Program-made: the position numbers and the translations under genes
Shown here: positions 11,983 through 25,388 of the stretch, one piece after another
How the letters are laid out: each line of letters opens with the position of its first letter
Position numbering within the stretch: position 1 is the first letter of the stretch
Notes under the pieces: model-generated
Told to the model about the DNA's origin: nothing
The model's database searches: none
Seen by the model: only the letters and a program-made list of their open reading frames with translations
Source of the DNA: Nitrospinota bacterium
GTDB lineage: Bacteria; UBA8248
DNA length: 64,000 nucleotides
Direction: 5' to 3'
Assembly: GCA_046581755.1 (NCBI GenBank)
Contig: JAYGFR010000103.1
Location: 1 to 64,000 of the forward strand

Positions 11983-13137
11983 TCAACCGGCGGCCCCACC
12001 GGCGGCGAGGCGGCGATGCTGCTCCAGGGCGAAGCGGTCCGTCATCCCTGAGATGTAGTCGCACACCATCCGGCGGCGGCCGTCCGCCTCCTCCCGCCGC
12101 GCGACGTGGCCGGGGAGCCGCGCCGGGTTCGATACATAGGCCTCGAACAGATCCCGGATCGTCCGGCGGGTGCTCTCCTGGAGCCGCTCCACGCGCTCGT
12201 TGTGGTACATCCGCCGCATCAAGAAGGATTTGAGTTCGAGGTTGCGCCCGGCCATCCCGGCGCTGAAGGCGGCGGCGCCGTGGCCCCTTGCGCGGACATC
12301 GGCGATGTCCCGCAGGCCCAGTTCCTCCACCCGCCGCTGCACCGAGCTCACCAGATCGCTTACCTGGGCGTTGACGATCCGCCGGATGGCCTCGTGGCGG
12401 ACCGCGTCCGGTTCCGCCGCCGGAAACGCGCCCCGCGCCGCCTCGTAGTGCTCCCGCCACAGCGAGGTCTCCAACGCGTCCTCGGCGCTGAACACCCCCG
12501 ATCGCATGGCGTCGTCCAGGTCGTGGTTGTTGTAGGCGATCTCATCGGCCACATCGACCACCTGCGCCTCGAGGCTCAGGGCGATCCCGCCATCGAGCTC
12601 GGCGGGCATGGGGCCCGTGTAGGAGGCGATGTGCTTAATAATCCCCTCGCGGGTCTCCCAGGTGAGATTGAGACCCGGAAAGGCGGGGTAGCGGCGCTCC
12701 AACACCTCGACGATCCGAAGGGACTGGAGGTTGTGCTTGAAGCCGCCGCAGCCCTCCATCAACTCGTCGAGCACCCTCTCGCCCGCATGGCCGAACGGGG
12801 AATGGCCCAAATCGTGCGCCAGCGAGACGGCCTCGGCCAGCTCCTCGTTGAGGCCGAGGGTCCGGGCGATCGAGCGCGCAATCTGGCTGACCTCGATGGT
12901 GTGGGTCAGGCGGGTGCGGTAGTGATCGCCTTCGTGGTTCACGAAGACCTGGGTCTTGTATTCGAGCCGCCGGAAGGCGGCGGTGTGGATGATCCGGTCG
13001 CGGTCGCGCTGGAAGGCGGTGCGCTGGGGGTGTTCAGACTCGGGATGCGCGCGGCCGAGCGAGTCCCCGCTGCGGGCGGCATAGGGGGCGAGCAGTTCGC
13101 GCTCGCGGTCTTCGAGTTGGTGGCGCATGGACTCCAT
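11983..13137 (-). CDS. dgt: Deoxyguanosinetriphosphate triphosphohydrolase (HD family)
   Basis: RTAFQRDRDRIIH, RRLEYKTQVF, RTRLTHTIEV, AHDLGHSPFGHAGE, CDYISGMTD. Confidence 0.95.
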   Translation of the reverse strand: MESMRHQLEDRERELLAPYAARSGDSLGRAHPESEHPQRTAFQRDRDRIIHTAAFRRLEYKTQVFVNHEGDHYRTRLTHTIEVSQIARSIARTLGLNEELAEAVSLAHDLGHSPFGHAGERVLDELMEGCGGFKHNLQSLRIVEVLERRYPAFPGLNLTWETREGIIKHIASYTGPMPAELDGGIALSLEAQVVDVADEIAYNNHDLDDAMRSGVFSAEDALETSLWREHYEAARGAFPAAEPDAVRHEAIRRIVNAQVSDLVSSVQRRVEELGLRDIADVRARGHGAAAFSAGMAGRNLELKSFLMRRMYHNERVERLQESTRRTIRDLFEAYVSNPARLPGHVARREEADGRRRMVCDYISGMTDRFALEQHRRLAAGGAAG

Positions 13138-13227
13138 GAGGCTCCCTCGAACGCGGGAAGGGCCGCCGCGCGGGGGGCAGGCGCGGCCGGACCCAATCGA
13201 ATGCGGCGCGGCCTCTACCCGGTCCCT

Positions 13228-14223
13228 CTATCCGGTCTCGGTCCCGGTCCCGGCCCCGGCTTTAGCCCCGGAAGGTATACCCGCGCGCCAGGCGGCGAAC
13301 AAGTAGGCGGCGGCAAGCGCCCCCCACGGCTCCCACCGCCGGGCGGCCTCGCGGGCGCGGTTCTCGTCCACCCTCGTTTCGCCGAAACAATACCGGGCCA
13401 CCACCTTCTGGACGCCCAGATCGCCCGCCGCCAGGGCCTCGATCCGCCCCAGCCCCCGGTAGAGGGCCTGCTCGGCGCTCCAGCGGCCCACCCCGCGCAG
13501 GGCGGTCAGGCGCTCGACGGCCTCTTCGAGGGGGAGGTCCCGGTAATCCGCCCCCTCCAACTCCCCCGCCGCCGCCGCACGGGCCACCCCGATCACATAC
13601 TCGGCCTTGCGCCCCGAGAATTGCATCCCCTCCAGGGTGGCCGCGCGGGCCCGCGCCAGGCGTTCGGGCCGGGGGAAGGCGTAGTGAATCTCTCCTCCCA
13701 GGGTGAGCTTATCGCCCCAGCGCTTCACTAGGCGCGCGCGGATGCGGCCGCCGAAGGTGAGGTTCACCTGCTGGGTCGTGATGGCCGTCACAAGCGCCTC
13801 GAACAAGGTCAGGTAGCGCACCGGCCGGAGCCCCCAAAAGCGGCGGACGATGGGCGCGAGAACGCGGTCGATCCGCGCCATGGCGTAAAAAGGCTCCAGG
13901 TCCAGATCGAAGGCGAGAAGGTGGCGCAGGGCGGCCTCCCCGGCGCCGACTATATTTTTCGTCATGCGGCCGGGCGCTCGGACGCGCAAGGCCACCTCGC
14001 CCGCCTCGACCGCCACCTCACCCGCATCGACCGCCGGGCCGCCCGTAGGGCCTCCCGCGCGCGCCTCGATGAGGGCGAGCCCCCCGCCCGCCTCGATCGC
14101 GCGGCGGAAGATGCGCCCGTCGTAGCGGTTCACGAGCTCCTCGTAGGAATGCTGGTAGCGGACCACGCTTTCGTGAAAAAGAAACGGGCCCCCGGGCGCG
14201 ATGTTCCGCTTCGCCATGCCCAT
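13228..14223 (-). CDS. AlkA-like HhH-GPD DNA-3-methyladenine glycosylase
   Basis: FEALVTAITTQQVN, YAFPRPERL, LTALRGVGRWSA, GDLGV, WEPWGALA. The start was re-set to ATG 14223, just after the permease stop. Confidence 0.88.
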   Translation of the reverse strand: MGMAKRNIAPGGPFLFHESVVRYQHSYEELVNRYDGRIFRRAIEAGGGLALIEARAGGPTGGPAVDAGEVAVEAGEVALRVRAPGRMTKNIVGAGEAALRHLLAFDLDLEPFYAMARIDRVLAPIVRRFWGLRPVRYLTLFEALVTAITTQQVNLTFGGRIRARLVKRWGDKLTLGGEIHYAFPRPERLARARAATLEGMQFSGRKAEYVIGVARAAAAGELEGADYRDLPLEEAVERLTALRGVGRWSAEQALYRGLGRIEALAAGDLGVQKVVARYCFGETRVDENRAREAARRWEPWGALAAAYLFAAWRAGIPSGAKAGAGTGTETG

Positions 14224-14225
14224 GT

Positions 14226-15002
14226 CTAGCTCGTCATCCGCCGGTTCACCGACACGGTGGCGCAGGCCATGAACACCAGCGTGCACGCAATGAGCACGAA
14301 CAGGTGCCAGAAAAAGGCGTCCACATGCCCGTAGATGATGAGCCCCCGGACGATCTTGACGGCATGGGTGAGCGGGAGCATCTGGGAGAAGGCGCGCATC
14401 CAGTCCGGAAGCCCCTTGAGGGGGAAAAAAGTTTCGGCGAAGAAGAACATCGGCATGACGATGAGCGAGAAATGAAAACTGAAGAAGGAAAAACTCGGGG
14501 CCAGCCCCGCCGAGATGAGGCCCAGGGAGCCGAACATGAGCCCTTCGAGGAAAACGATGGGCAAAACGGCCAGCGCCCAGGGGGAGCCGATGAGGCCGAA
14601 GAGGGCCAAAACGATCATCATCAGGGTGGCCCCGATGATCGCCCGCGTCCCGCACCACATCAAATCGCCCAGAACGATATCGCCCACCGAGAGCGGCGCC
14701 GAGAGCATCGCCTCGTAGGTCTTCTGGATGCGCATCCGGTTGTAGGCCCCGTAGGTGGATTCGAAGGTCGAGGTCCACATGGCGATCGATACGACGAGGC
14801 CGGGGCCGATGAACTGGGCGTAGCTGATGCCGCCGATGGAGGGAACCAGCCGGCCCAGGCCGTAGCCGAAGGCAACGAGGTAGAGGGCGTGCTCGCCGAA
14901 ATTGCCCGCCCATTCGGCCAGGAAAAACGTGCGGTACTGCATCACATGGCGCACCCAGACCCTACGGGCGCGGCTGCTGGGAATCAGATCCGGATTTATC
15001 AT
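14226..15002 (-). CDS. ABC-2 type permease (NodJ-like)
   Basis: YAQFIGPGL, TFESTYGAYNRM, YEAMLSAPLSVGDIVLG, LPLTHAV. Confidence 0.88.
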   Translation of the reverse strand: MINPDLIPSSRARRVWVRHVMQYRTFFLAEWAGNFGEHALYLVAFGYGLGRLVPSIGGISYAQFIGPGLVVSIAMWTSTFESTYGAYNRMRIQKTYEAMLSAPLSVGDIVLGDLMWCGTRAIIGATLMMIVLALFGLIGSPWALAVLPIVFLEGLMFGSLGLISAGLAPSFSFFSFHFSLIVMPMFFFAETFFPLKGLPDWMRAFSQMLPLTHAVKIVRGLIIYGHVDAFFWHLFVLIACTLVFMACATVSVNRRMTS

Positions 15003-16018
15003 TCGCGCAGATCCCGGCCCGTGAGGCGCAAAAACAGATCCTCCAGCGAGGCGGGCCGCCGGAGGAAATTCCGCTCCCCGGCCGACACGAGGCGCTCGAC
15101 CGCCCCGGCCCCGTCCCGGCAATAGAGATAAAGCGTATCACCCGCCCACTCGGTCTCGATGGCCAGGCCGTTCAGGGCGCGCTCGGCCACCTCGCACCCC
15201 GCGCCGCGAAGCTCGATCACCTCGGCCCCCACGCACTCCAGCACCAGATCGGCCGGGGGGCCCTCGATGAGAAAGCGCCCGCGGTCCATGACCCCGATCC
15301 GGTCGCAAAGCTGGGCCGCCTCTTCCATGTAGTGGGTGGTGAGCAGGATCGTCATGCCCTCGCTCTTGAGCTTGCGGAGGCGCTGCCAGACGAGATGCCT
15401 CGCCTGGGGATCGAGGCCGGTCGTCGGCTCATCGAGGATCAGAAGGCGGGGCCGGTGAATGAGTGCACGGGCGATGAGGAGGCGGCGCTTCATCCCGCCC
15501 GAAAGGGATTTGATCCGCTCGTCCCACTTCTCGCGAAGCTGGACGAAATCCAGAAGCTCCTCGATGCGCGGGCGGGATACCCGGCGCGGGATGCCGAAGT
15601 AGTTGGCGAAGACCCACATATTTTCGTAGACGGTGAGCTCGTTGTCGAGGGTGTCCTCCTGGGGGACGATGCCCACCTCCTCGCGGATGCGGCGGCTCTC
15701 GGTGGTCCCGTCGCGGCCGAGCACGCGGAGCTCACCCCCGTCCCGGCGGACGGCGCCGTGAATCATCCGGACGGTGGTCGTTTTTCCCGCGCCGTTCGGG
15801 CCCAGCACGCCGTAGCACTCCCCCCGCTCCACCTGAAGGGTAATGCCGTCAACGGCTTTGAGGGAACCGAAGGATTTCGAGAGGCCGCGGGCATCGATGT
15901 CGAATTCGGGCCTTGAAAGGCCGGAGGCGTCGATGCCGCTTTCGGGCTTTGAGAGGCCGGAGGCGTCGATGTCGCTTTCGGGCAATGAGGAACCTTCTTC
16001 CGGGTCCGGGCTAGACAC
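14999..16018 (-). CDS. ABC transporter ATP-binding protein (NodI-like)
   Basis: GPNGAGKTT, LSGGMKRR, ILDEPTTGLDPQAR, TTHYMEEA. Confidence 0.93.
   Translation of the reverse strand: MSSPDPEEGSSLPESDIDASGLSKPESGIDASGLSRPEFDIDARGLSKSFGSLKAVDGITLQVERGECYGVLGPNGAGKTTTVRMIHGAVRRDGGELRVLGRDGTTESRRIREEVGIVPQEDTLDNELTVYENMWVFANYFGIPRRVSRPRIEELLDFVQLREKWDERIKSLSGGMKRRLLIARALIHRPRLLILDEPTTGLDPQARHLVWQRLRKLKSEGMTILLTTHYMEEAAQLCDRIGVMDRGRFLIEGPPADLVLECVGAEVIELRGAGCEVAERALNGLAIETEWAGDTLYLYCRDGAGAVERLVSAGERNFLRRPASLEDLFLRLTGRDLRE
15879..15986. repeat. 3 x 36-bp imperfect tandem repeat in the 5' end of the ABC ATPase gene
   Basis: Units 15879-15914, 15915-15950 and 15951-15986; encodes PESDIDASGLSK/PESGIDASGLSR/PEFDIDARGLSK. 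Confidence 0.9.
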
Positions 16019-17264
16019 CGCGCAAGCGCTCGGCCTCGGCCACGCGCTCGATGGCGATGATAAAGGCGGCGGTTCGCATGGACACGTTCCGCTCCCGGGC
16101 CGCGGCGTGAACCGCCCTCGTCGAATTGACCATGATTTTTTCCAACTCCCCGTTCACGCGCTCCTCTTCCCAGGTGAATTGCTGGATGTTTTGCACCCAC
16201 TCGAAATAGGAGACCGTCACGCCGCCGGCATTGGCGAGAACGTCGGGCACGATGTAGACGTCCTTTTCCTTGAGAAGGATCTCGCCGATCGAGGTCAGCG
16301 GCGCGTTGGCCGCCTCGAGAAGAATGCGCGCCCTCACCGCATGGGCATTGTCGCGGTTGATGACCCCGCCCATGGCCGCCGGAACGAGAACATCCACGTC
16401 CAGGGCGAGGAGCTCTTCGTTCGTCATGGCTTCGCCGCCGGTGAACCCCGCCAGATCGCCCGCCTCGGCCTTGTGGGCGAGGGCGGCCTCGATGTCGATT
16501 CCGTTCCCGTTGAAGTAGGCCCCCGTGATGTCCGAGATGGCATTAACGCGGACGCCCAGGTCGGTGAGGAAGGTAGCGGAGAAGGTGCCCACGTTGCCGA
16601 ACCCCTGAACGGCGGCCGTCATTGTCGAGGGGTCCCATCCCTCGAGCTTGGCCATCTCCCCGAACACGAATACGACCCCTCGCCCGGTCGCCGCCTCGCG
16701 GCCCAGCGAGCCGCCCAGGGCGATGGGTTTTCCGGTCACGGCGGCGAGGGCGTAGCCCTGGCGGCTGCTGTACTCGTCCATGATCCAGGCCATGGTTTGG
16801 GCGTTGGTGTACATATCGGGGGCGGGGATATCGCGGTAGGGGCCCAGGAGGCGGCTGATGCGGGCAATGAATTTCCGCGTGAGGCGCTCGAGCTCAAAAA
16901 TATTGAGATCGTGGACATCGACGTTGACCCCGCCCTTGCCCCCTCCGAAGGGAATATTCACCAGGGCGGTCTTCCAGGTCATCAGGGCGGCCAGGCCGCC
17001 GACCTCGTCCATGTCCACTTCGGGCGAATAGCGGATTCCGCCCTTGAAGGGTCCGCGCGCACCGTTGAACTGGACGCGGTAGCCCTTGTAGACCGCCAGC
17101 GAGCCGTCGTCCCTGCGGACGGGCACCTCCACCCGGATTTCGCGAAAGGGGGTGGAGAGGAGCACGCGCATGTCATCCTCAAGCTCCATCGCCTCGGCGG
17201 CGCGGTCAAACTGGGCCTGGGCCGTCTGGCCGATGCTGACGTGTACGTCGGCTCCTTCCTGCAT
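16011..17264 (-). CDS. gdhA: Glu/Leu/Phe/Val dehydrogenase, probably glutamate dehydrogenase
   Basis: GPFKGGIRY, PFGGGKGG, DIPAPD, VQGFGNVG, PDVLANAGGVTVSYFEWVQN. Confidence 0.93.
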   Translation of the reverse strand: MQEGADVHVSIGQTAQAQFDRAAEAMELEDDMRVLLSTPFREIRVEVPVRRDDGSLAVYKGYRVQFNGARGPFKGGIRYSPEVDMDEVGGLAALMTWKTALVNIPFGGGKGGVNVDVHDLNIFELERLTRKFIARISRLLGPYRDIPAPDMYTNAQTMAWIMDEYSSRQGYALAAVTGKPIALGGSLGREAATGRGVVFVFGEMAKLEGWDPSTMTAAVQGFGNVGTFSATFLTDLGVRVNAISDITGAYFNGNGIDIEAALAHKAEAGDLAGFTGGEAMTNEELLALDVDVLVPAAMGGVINRDNAHAVRARILLEAANAPLTSIGEILLKEKDVYIVPDVLANAGGVTVSYFEWVQNIQQFTWEEERVNGELEKIMVNSTRAVHAAARERNVSMRTAAFIIAIERVAEAERLRGV

Positions 17265-17373
17265 ATCAACCCTTTCTCATCGATGAGATGAACTTCGGAC
17301 GGTGGAACCGGGCGAGGGGGCGGGCTTTGCGTTGCCCGCGGGAAGGAGGGGCCAGCCCTCCCCGCCGCGCGTC

Positions 17374-17610
17374 TTAGTGGCCCGAGCATATGCCTCCGCA
17401 GCATCCACCGCCGCCCGAGAAGCCGCCGGTATAGGAGGAGCCGGGGTTGTAGGAGGCCTTGGCCGAACCCACGCCGAACAAAGAAAGTTTTTTGTGAACC
17501 TTCCTCGAAGCGCACGCCGGGCATTCGACATCGCCCGCCACATCGGCGGAGGGGACAATTTTCTCGAAATCCGACTCGCACTCGGCGCATATGAACTCGT
17601 ACATGGGCAT
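17374..17610 (-). CDS. FmdB-family zinc-ribbon protein
   Basis: MPMYEFICAEC...CPACAS with a Gly/Cys-rich tail (GGGGCCGGICSGH); GGAG RBS. Confidence 0.85.
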   Translation of the reverse strand: MPMYEFICAECESDFEKIVPSADVAGDVECPACASRKVHKKLSLFGVGSAKASYNPGSSYTGGFSGGGGCCGGICSGH

Positions 17611-17636
17611 CTTCGATCTCTCCTGTCTAGAACGGA

Positions 17637-18287
17637 CTAGCCGGGGCTGGCCGCCTTGTGCCAGTCGGCCAGGAACTTCTCCAGGCCGATATCGGTCAGG
17701 GGGTGCTTTAATAGCTGGTGGATGAGCTGGGCCGGAATCGTGGCCACATCCGCGCCCATCTTGGCGGCCTCGAGAAAATGGACCGGGTGCCGAATGCTCG
17801 CGACGAGCACCTGGGTGGCGAAATCGTAGTTCTGGAAAATCCGCACCATGTCCCGGACCATCTCCATCCCCGGCAGGGTGATATCGTCGAGCCGGCCCAC
17901 GAACGGACTCACGTACGAGGCCCCCGCCTTGGCGGCGAGGACGGCCTGCGAGGGGTTGAATATCAGGGTGACGTTCGTGTTGATGTTCTCCTCGCGGAGC
18001 TTCACGACGGCCCGGAGACCCTCGGCGCCGATGGGCACCTTGACCACCACGTTATCGTGAATCGCCGCTAGCTCGCGGCCCTCCTCGACCATCGCTTCCC
18101 ACGCCGTCGCCACCACCTCGGCGCTCACGGGCCCGTCCACGATCTCGCATATCTGGCGAATCCGGGTATGGATGTCGGCCCCCTCCTTGGCGATCAGGGA
18201 GGGGTTGGTCGTCACCCCGTCCACCACCCCAAGCGAGGCCGCCTCGGCGATGTCCTCCACATTCGCGCTATCGATAAATATTTTCAT
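17637..18287 (-). CDS. Small transaldolase / fructose-6-phosphate aldolase family
   Basis: [22 protein letters not shown] (Schiff-base Lys), [17 protein letters not shown]. Confidence 0.93.
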   Translation of the reverse strand: MKIFIDSANVEDIAEAASLGVVDGVTTNPSLIAKEGADIHTRIRQICEIVDGPVSAEVVATAWEAMVEEGRELAAIHDNVVVKVPIGAEGLRAVVKLREENINTNVTLIFNPSQAVLAAKAGASYVSPFVGRLDDITLPGMEMVRDMVRIFQNYDFATQVLVASIRHPVHFLEAAKMGADVATIPAQLIHQLLKHPLTDIGLEKFLADWHKAASPG

Positions 18288-18449
18288 ATCGTCCTCTCGC
18301 CTCGCGCTCAATCCCGGCCGGACACCGGCGCGCCAACGTCGGGCGGGTGCGCGGGTGCGGGTGCGGGCGATTCGGCCATAGTCTCTAAAAGGTTACGTGA
18401 GGCGCATCAAAACTTCAAATAGGAATACCTCTTCACCGCCCCCTCCGCC

Positions 18450-18746
18450 CTAGCCCTCACCCTCGCTCTCACTCTCCCCCTCGCTGGGTGGGCCCCCGCG
18501 CAGGGAAAATTTTCCGGCGCATTCCTCGCCGCAGAACCGGAAACGCTCCCGGCGCACCCGGCGGGTCAAGCCGATTCCGGAGGGAAAGTAGGTCTCGCAT
18601 TCGGGGCAAACGATCATCTCATCGTCGAGCGCCTCCACGGCACCGCCCCGAGCGCCGCCCATTCGCCTCGAAATGCCGCTGAACAACCCTTTCAGGGCAT
18701 AAATAATCACGTAAAAAATAACGGCGTAAATAAGGATGCGAATCAT
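18450..18746 (-). CDS. Small membrane-anchored protein with a TRASH/YHS-like Cys motif
   Basis: N-terminal TM helix, then EMIVCPECETYFP...FCGEEC. Confidence 0.7.
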   Translation of the reverse strand: MIRILIYAVIFYVIIYALKGLFSGISRRMGGARGGAVEALDDEMIVCPECETYFPSGIGLTRRVRRERFRFCGEECAGKFSLRGGPPSEGESESEGEG

Positions 18747-18809
18747 CTACACTGCCTCTTTGATGCGAAACGGGGGGAGTAGCCCCCATTTTCCCCCGGG
18801 GAGGTTTTC

Positions 18810-19556
18810 ATGCCGCACGATCGGCCCTGGTACGAAACCGGATTCGACGCCGACTATCCTCTCATGCAGACCTTCGAGGAGGCGAAGACGGAGATCCAGG
18901 CCACCTCGGCGGAATGGCTTTTGAACCTGAACCCGCGCGCCCGGATTCTCGACCTTTGCTGCGGCTACGGCCGCCACAGCCAGGCCTGGAGCCGGGCCGG
19001 ACACCGCCCGGTGGGCCTCGACCTGAGCGCCGACCTGCTGGACATGGCCCGCGAAAGGCATCCCGAAGGCATCTGGGTCCGGGGCGATGCCCGCCGCCTG
19101 CCCTTCGCGAGGGCCGCCTTCGATGCGGCGACCTTCATGTTCGTCTCCTTCGGTTACTTCGCCGCCGCGGCCGAGGATCTCGAAGCCCTCCGCGAGGCCA
19201 GGCGCGTCCTCCGCCCGGGAGGGAGCCTCTACCTCGACATCAAGCTTCCCTCCTCCCTCCGGGCCAACCTGCCCCCCGACGCCGCCTTCACCATCGGCGG
19301 GGCGGACGTCACCGAGACCAGCCGCATTGTACAGACTCCCGAGGGAGAGCGGTATGAGATCCGGCGGACCCTCCGCCGCCCCGGCGGGAGGGAGCGGCGG
19401 TTTTTCTACTCGGTGCGCCTGTATGAGCCCGAAGCGCTGGGCGCCCAGCTCCAGGAAGCGGGTTTTGGGGATATTCACCTCTACGGGGACTACGACGCCA
19501 CCCCCCTCGCGCCGGACCTCCCCCGCCTCGTCGCCACCGCGAAAAACCCGGCCTGA
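18810..19556 (+). CDS. Class I SAM-dependent methyltransferase
   Basis: ILDLCCGYGRH, GLDLSADLL, RGDARRLPF, RVLRPGG; GGAGG RBS. Confidence 0.9.
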   Translation: MPHDRPWYETGFDADYPLMQTFEEAKTEIQATSAEWLLNLNPRARILDLCCGYGRHSQAWSRAGHRPVGLDLSADLLDMARERHPEGIWVRGDARRLPFARAAFDAATFMFVSFGYFAAAAEDLEALREARRVLRPGGSLYLDIKLPSSLRANLPPDAAFTIGGADVTETSRIVQTPEGERYEIRRTLRRPGGRERRFFYSVRLYEPEALGAQLQEAGFGDIHLYGDYDATPLAPDLPRLVATAKNPA

Positions 19557-19563
19557 GCCCCGC

Positions 19564-20039
19564 CTACCGGTAGTATATCCCCGCGTGGCGGATCCATCCG
19601 CCCGCCTTGCGGCCCGCCGGATCGCGGTGGGTCCAGTGGACCACGCCCCCCCGGGGGTTCCACTCGTAGCGGCCCAAGACCTCGGCCTCGTCCCCGATTC
19701 GAACCGGAACGCGGGGGGCCAGGCCGATGTTGTGGCTGATGAGCAGGGTCTGCCCGTCTGTCAAACGGAGGATGAAGCGCTGATGCCGCCTTCCCTCCCG
19801 ATCGTCCCGGAGAATGCGCACCACCTCCCCCTTTGCCCGGAGCCATACGCCCGAGCGCTCCCCCTCGAAGGCCCGCCGGGCGGCGGATTCCGCCGGGGCA
19901 ACCGCTCCGGCCCCAGCCGGACCCATTCGAGGCGCGGCAACCGCCCCCGGGGGGAGGGTCCAGCCGAGCCCAAGCAACGCCACCGCCAGCAACGCCGCGG
20001 CGAATTCGGACGGGAGGGTTTTCAGGAAATTCCGGGGCA

Positions 20040-20040
<1 letters not shown>
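19564..20040 (-). CDS. Exported DUF3465-like protein
   Basis: Signal-like segment, then ILRDDREGRRHQRFIL, ISHNIGLAPRV, YEWNPRGGVVHWTHRDP; TGATG coupling to carB. Confidence 0.8.
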
Positions 20041-23291
<3,251 letters not shown>

Positions 23292-23348
23292 TGCCTGAAT
23301 TTCCGCCTCTAAGGTTGATTCCCTAAGGTCGATTCCCGCCCGGGCGAA

Positions 23349-24101
23349 TCATTCCAGGATGATTCCAGCGCGTGCGGCGCCGGCCCCCGGGCTGATGACC
23401 TCGGCCAGCACCGCCACCGACGCGTAAACGGCCAGCGCCTTGCCGATGAAGAGCCGCCGCGCCACCGGGCCGAAATGGCGGCTGTCCAAGACGTCCTCGC
23501 GGTTGTCGCCCATCATGAAATAGGCCCCCCGCCCCAGCGCGATCGGGCCGAAATCCTCGGTCCTGCCCCGCCCCCGGAATTTTCCGGGAAGCGGCAGGCC
23601 GTTCACGAAAATCCTCCCGCCCCGGGCCTCGATCCGCTCGCCGGGAAGGCCCACCACCCGCTCGATATACGTCGCCCGTTCGGCGCCCGGCCTCCGGAAG
23701 ACGGCGATCTCGCCCCGCGCGATCCCGAGATGGCGGTAGCGCTCCCGGTCCACGATGATGTGATCGCCCTCCTCGAGCCGGGGCTCCATCGAAGCCGTCG
23801 CGATGCGCAGGATGCGCCCGGCGAAGATGCCGCTGTCCTCCCGGCCCGCCTCCTCCCATCGCGCGTTCGCCTCCTTCCGCTCCCCTCCCATGTAGAGGGC
23901 CAGCCCGAGCCGGTAGAGGGAGTCCGCCCGGTAGGGCGGCAGGGCCCCGAGCATCTCCCGGTAGAAGCGCGCCGCCTCCCGGTAGCGCCCCGCCAGGAAA
24001 AGCGACTGCCCCCGCCCCAGATCCCCGGCCGGTGCGCCCGATGCCGTGAGCGAGAGCGCCAGCGAAACGGCGGCCACGGTTCGGGGGATTCCGGACGGCA
24101 T
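23349..24101 (-). CDS. TPR-fused signal peptidase I (S26) homologue with catalytic Lys replaced by Glu
   Basis: Signal peptide, TPR-like helices, then ATASMEPRL, YIERVVGLPGE, YFMMGDNREDVLDSRHFG. Confidence 0.8.
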   Translation of the reverse strand: MPSGIPRTVAAVSLALSLTASGAPAGDLGRGQSLFLAGRYREAARFYREMLGALPPYRADSLYRLGLALYMGGERKEANARWEEAGREDSGIFAGRILRIATASMEPRLEEGDHIIVDRERYRHLGIARGEIAVFRRPGAERATYIERVVGLPGERIEARGGRIFVNGLPLPGKFRGRGRTEDFGPIALGRGAYFMMGDNREDVLDSRHFGPVARRLFIGKALAVYASVAVLAEVISPGAGAARAGIILE

Positions 24102-24127
24102 GATCGCCACCGGGTTTCTCTCCACCC

Positions 24128-25351
24128 TCAGCCCGCCACCAACCCTTCGGCCAGGGCGAATTCCTTCCGGGCGATATGCCGCCGGAGCGAGAAAAGAATC
24201 GCCAGATTGATCAACCCGGCCAGCGCCGCGTTCGCGAACGAAACCGTGTAGTCGCCCGTCCAGTCGAAAAAGAGACCGGCCTGATAGCCGCCCAGCCCCA
24301 TGCCCACCCACGCGCAGAAAAAGACAAACCCCGTCGAAACGCCCCTCCTTTGCATCGGGACAAATTCCCGCACGCAGATCACCAGGCAGATCATCACGCC
24401 GCTGTATAGGAGCCCGTAAAGAAAGGCGAGGACATAGAAGCCGCCCAGCGAGGCGACCTGGGTGAACCAGAACACCAAGACGCTCTGGGCCATGGAGGCC
24501 AGGATGTAGGTGCGGAGGCCGCCGATATGATCGGCGATTCTTCCGTAGACGATCCGCCCGAGAAAACTGCCCACCGAGAGCAGGAGGAGAATCCCCGCCG
24601 CCTCTTGCGGCCCGATCCCCCGGTCCAGGGCCAGCGGCACCACGTGGATCAGCGGGGTGGCCATGCACAAGCAGCAAAATATCGCCGCCGCCCCCAGCCA
24701 GGCGGTCGTGACCCAGGGCGCAACCGGATAGGACTCCCCGGGAGCCGAGGGCGCATCCTGACCGGAGGAAGAGGGGGCACCTTCGCGGGAGGGCGCCTTC
24801 CGGACCAGCAGGGCCAGCGGGACCAGCACCGCCAGCGCGAAGATTCCGAGCCACGCGTAGGCCCCGCGCCAGCCGAAATTGGATATCAGATAGCCCGCGG
24901 CGAAGGGGACCACCCCGTTTCCAAGCCCCCCCCAGGCCGAAGCGATCCCCAGCGCCAGCCCCTTGTTGGGGCCGAACCAGTTTCCCACGCTGGCCATCAG
25001 CGGCGCCTGAAACGAGGAAATCCCCAGGCCCGCCAGGGCATAGAAAAGATAGAACTGCCAGAGAGCGCCCTGGCGCGAGAGAAGAAAGTAGGAAACCCCC
25101 AGAAGCGCCGCCCCGGCCAGCACCACCGGGCGCGCCGAATAGCGGTCCGAGAGATGGCCCGCCAGGATGCCGCCGCCCCCGAGGACGAGCGCCGCGCCCA
25201 TGTAGGCGAACGAGGTCTCCCCCCGGAGCCAGCCCATGCCGGCCGAGAGCGGCTTCATGAACACCGCCAGCGAGGACATCGAGCCCACCGCCATCGCCAT
25301 GAACGTCCCCGCTACCGCCACCATCACCCAGCCGTAGCGGGGTTCCGTCAT
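24128..25351 (-). CDS. MFS transporter (MCT/OFA-like)
   Basis: RYGWVMV, GHLSDRYSARPV, NWFGPNKGLALG, GRIADHIG; about 12 TM segments. Confidence 0.88.
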   Translation of the reverse strand: MTEPRYGWVMVAVAGTFMAMAVGSMSSLAVFMKPLSAGMGWLRGETSFAYMGAALVLGGGGILAGHLSDRYSARPVVLAGAALLGVSYFLLSRQGALWQFYLFYALAGLGISSFQAPLMASVGNWFGPNKGLALGIASAWGGLGNGVVPFAAGYLISNFGWRGAYAWLGIFALAVLVPLALLVRKAPSREGAPSSSGQDAPSAPGESYPVAPWVTTAWLGAAAIFCCLCMATPLIHVVPLALDRGIGPQEAAGILLLLSVGSFLGRIVYGRIADHIGGLRTYILASMAQSVLVFWFTQVASLGGFYVLAFLYGLLYSGVMICLVICVREFVPMQRRGVSTGFVFFCAWVGMGLGGYQAGLFFDWTGDYTVSFANAALAGLINLAILFSLRRHIARKEFALAEGLVAG

Positions 25352-25388
25352 CTCCGCGGTCGATTGATTCAAGATATCACCCGGTAAT

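Noticed and set aside
13228..14913. ORF-track fusions (561-aa AlkA ORF, 501-aa ORF 23349-24854, 543-aa ORF 60375-62006, 496-aa ORF 41607-43097)
   Set aside because: The N-terminal parts are off-frame or antisense overlaps with neighbouring genes; starts were re-set to the recognisable domain.
15879..15986. 36-bp repeats as a CRISPR array
   Set aside because: The units are contiguous, have no spacers, lie in a coding frame, and no cas genes are present.
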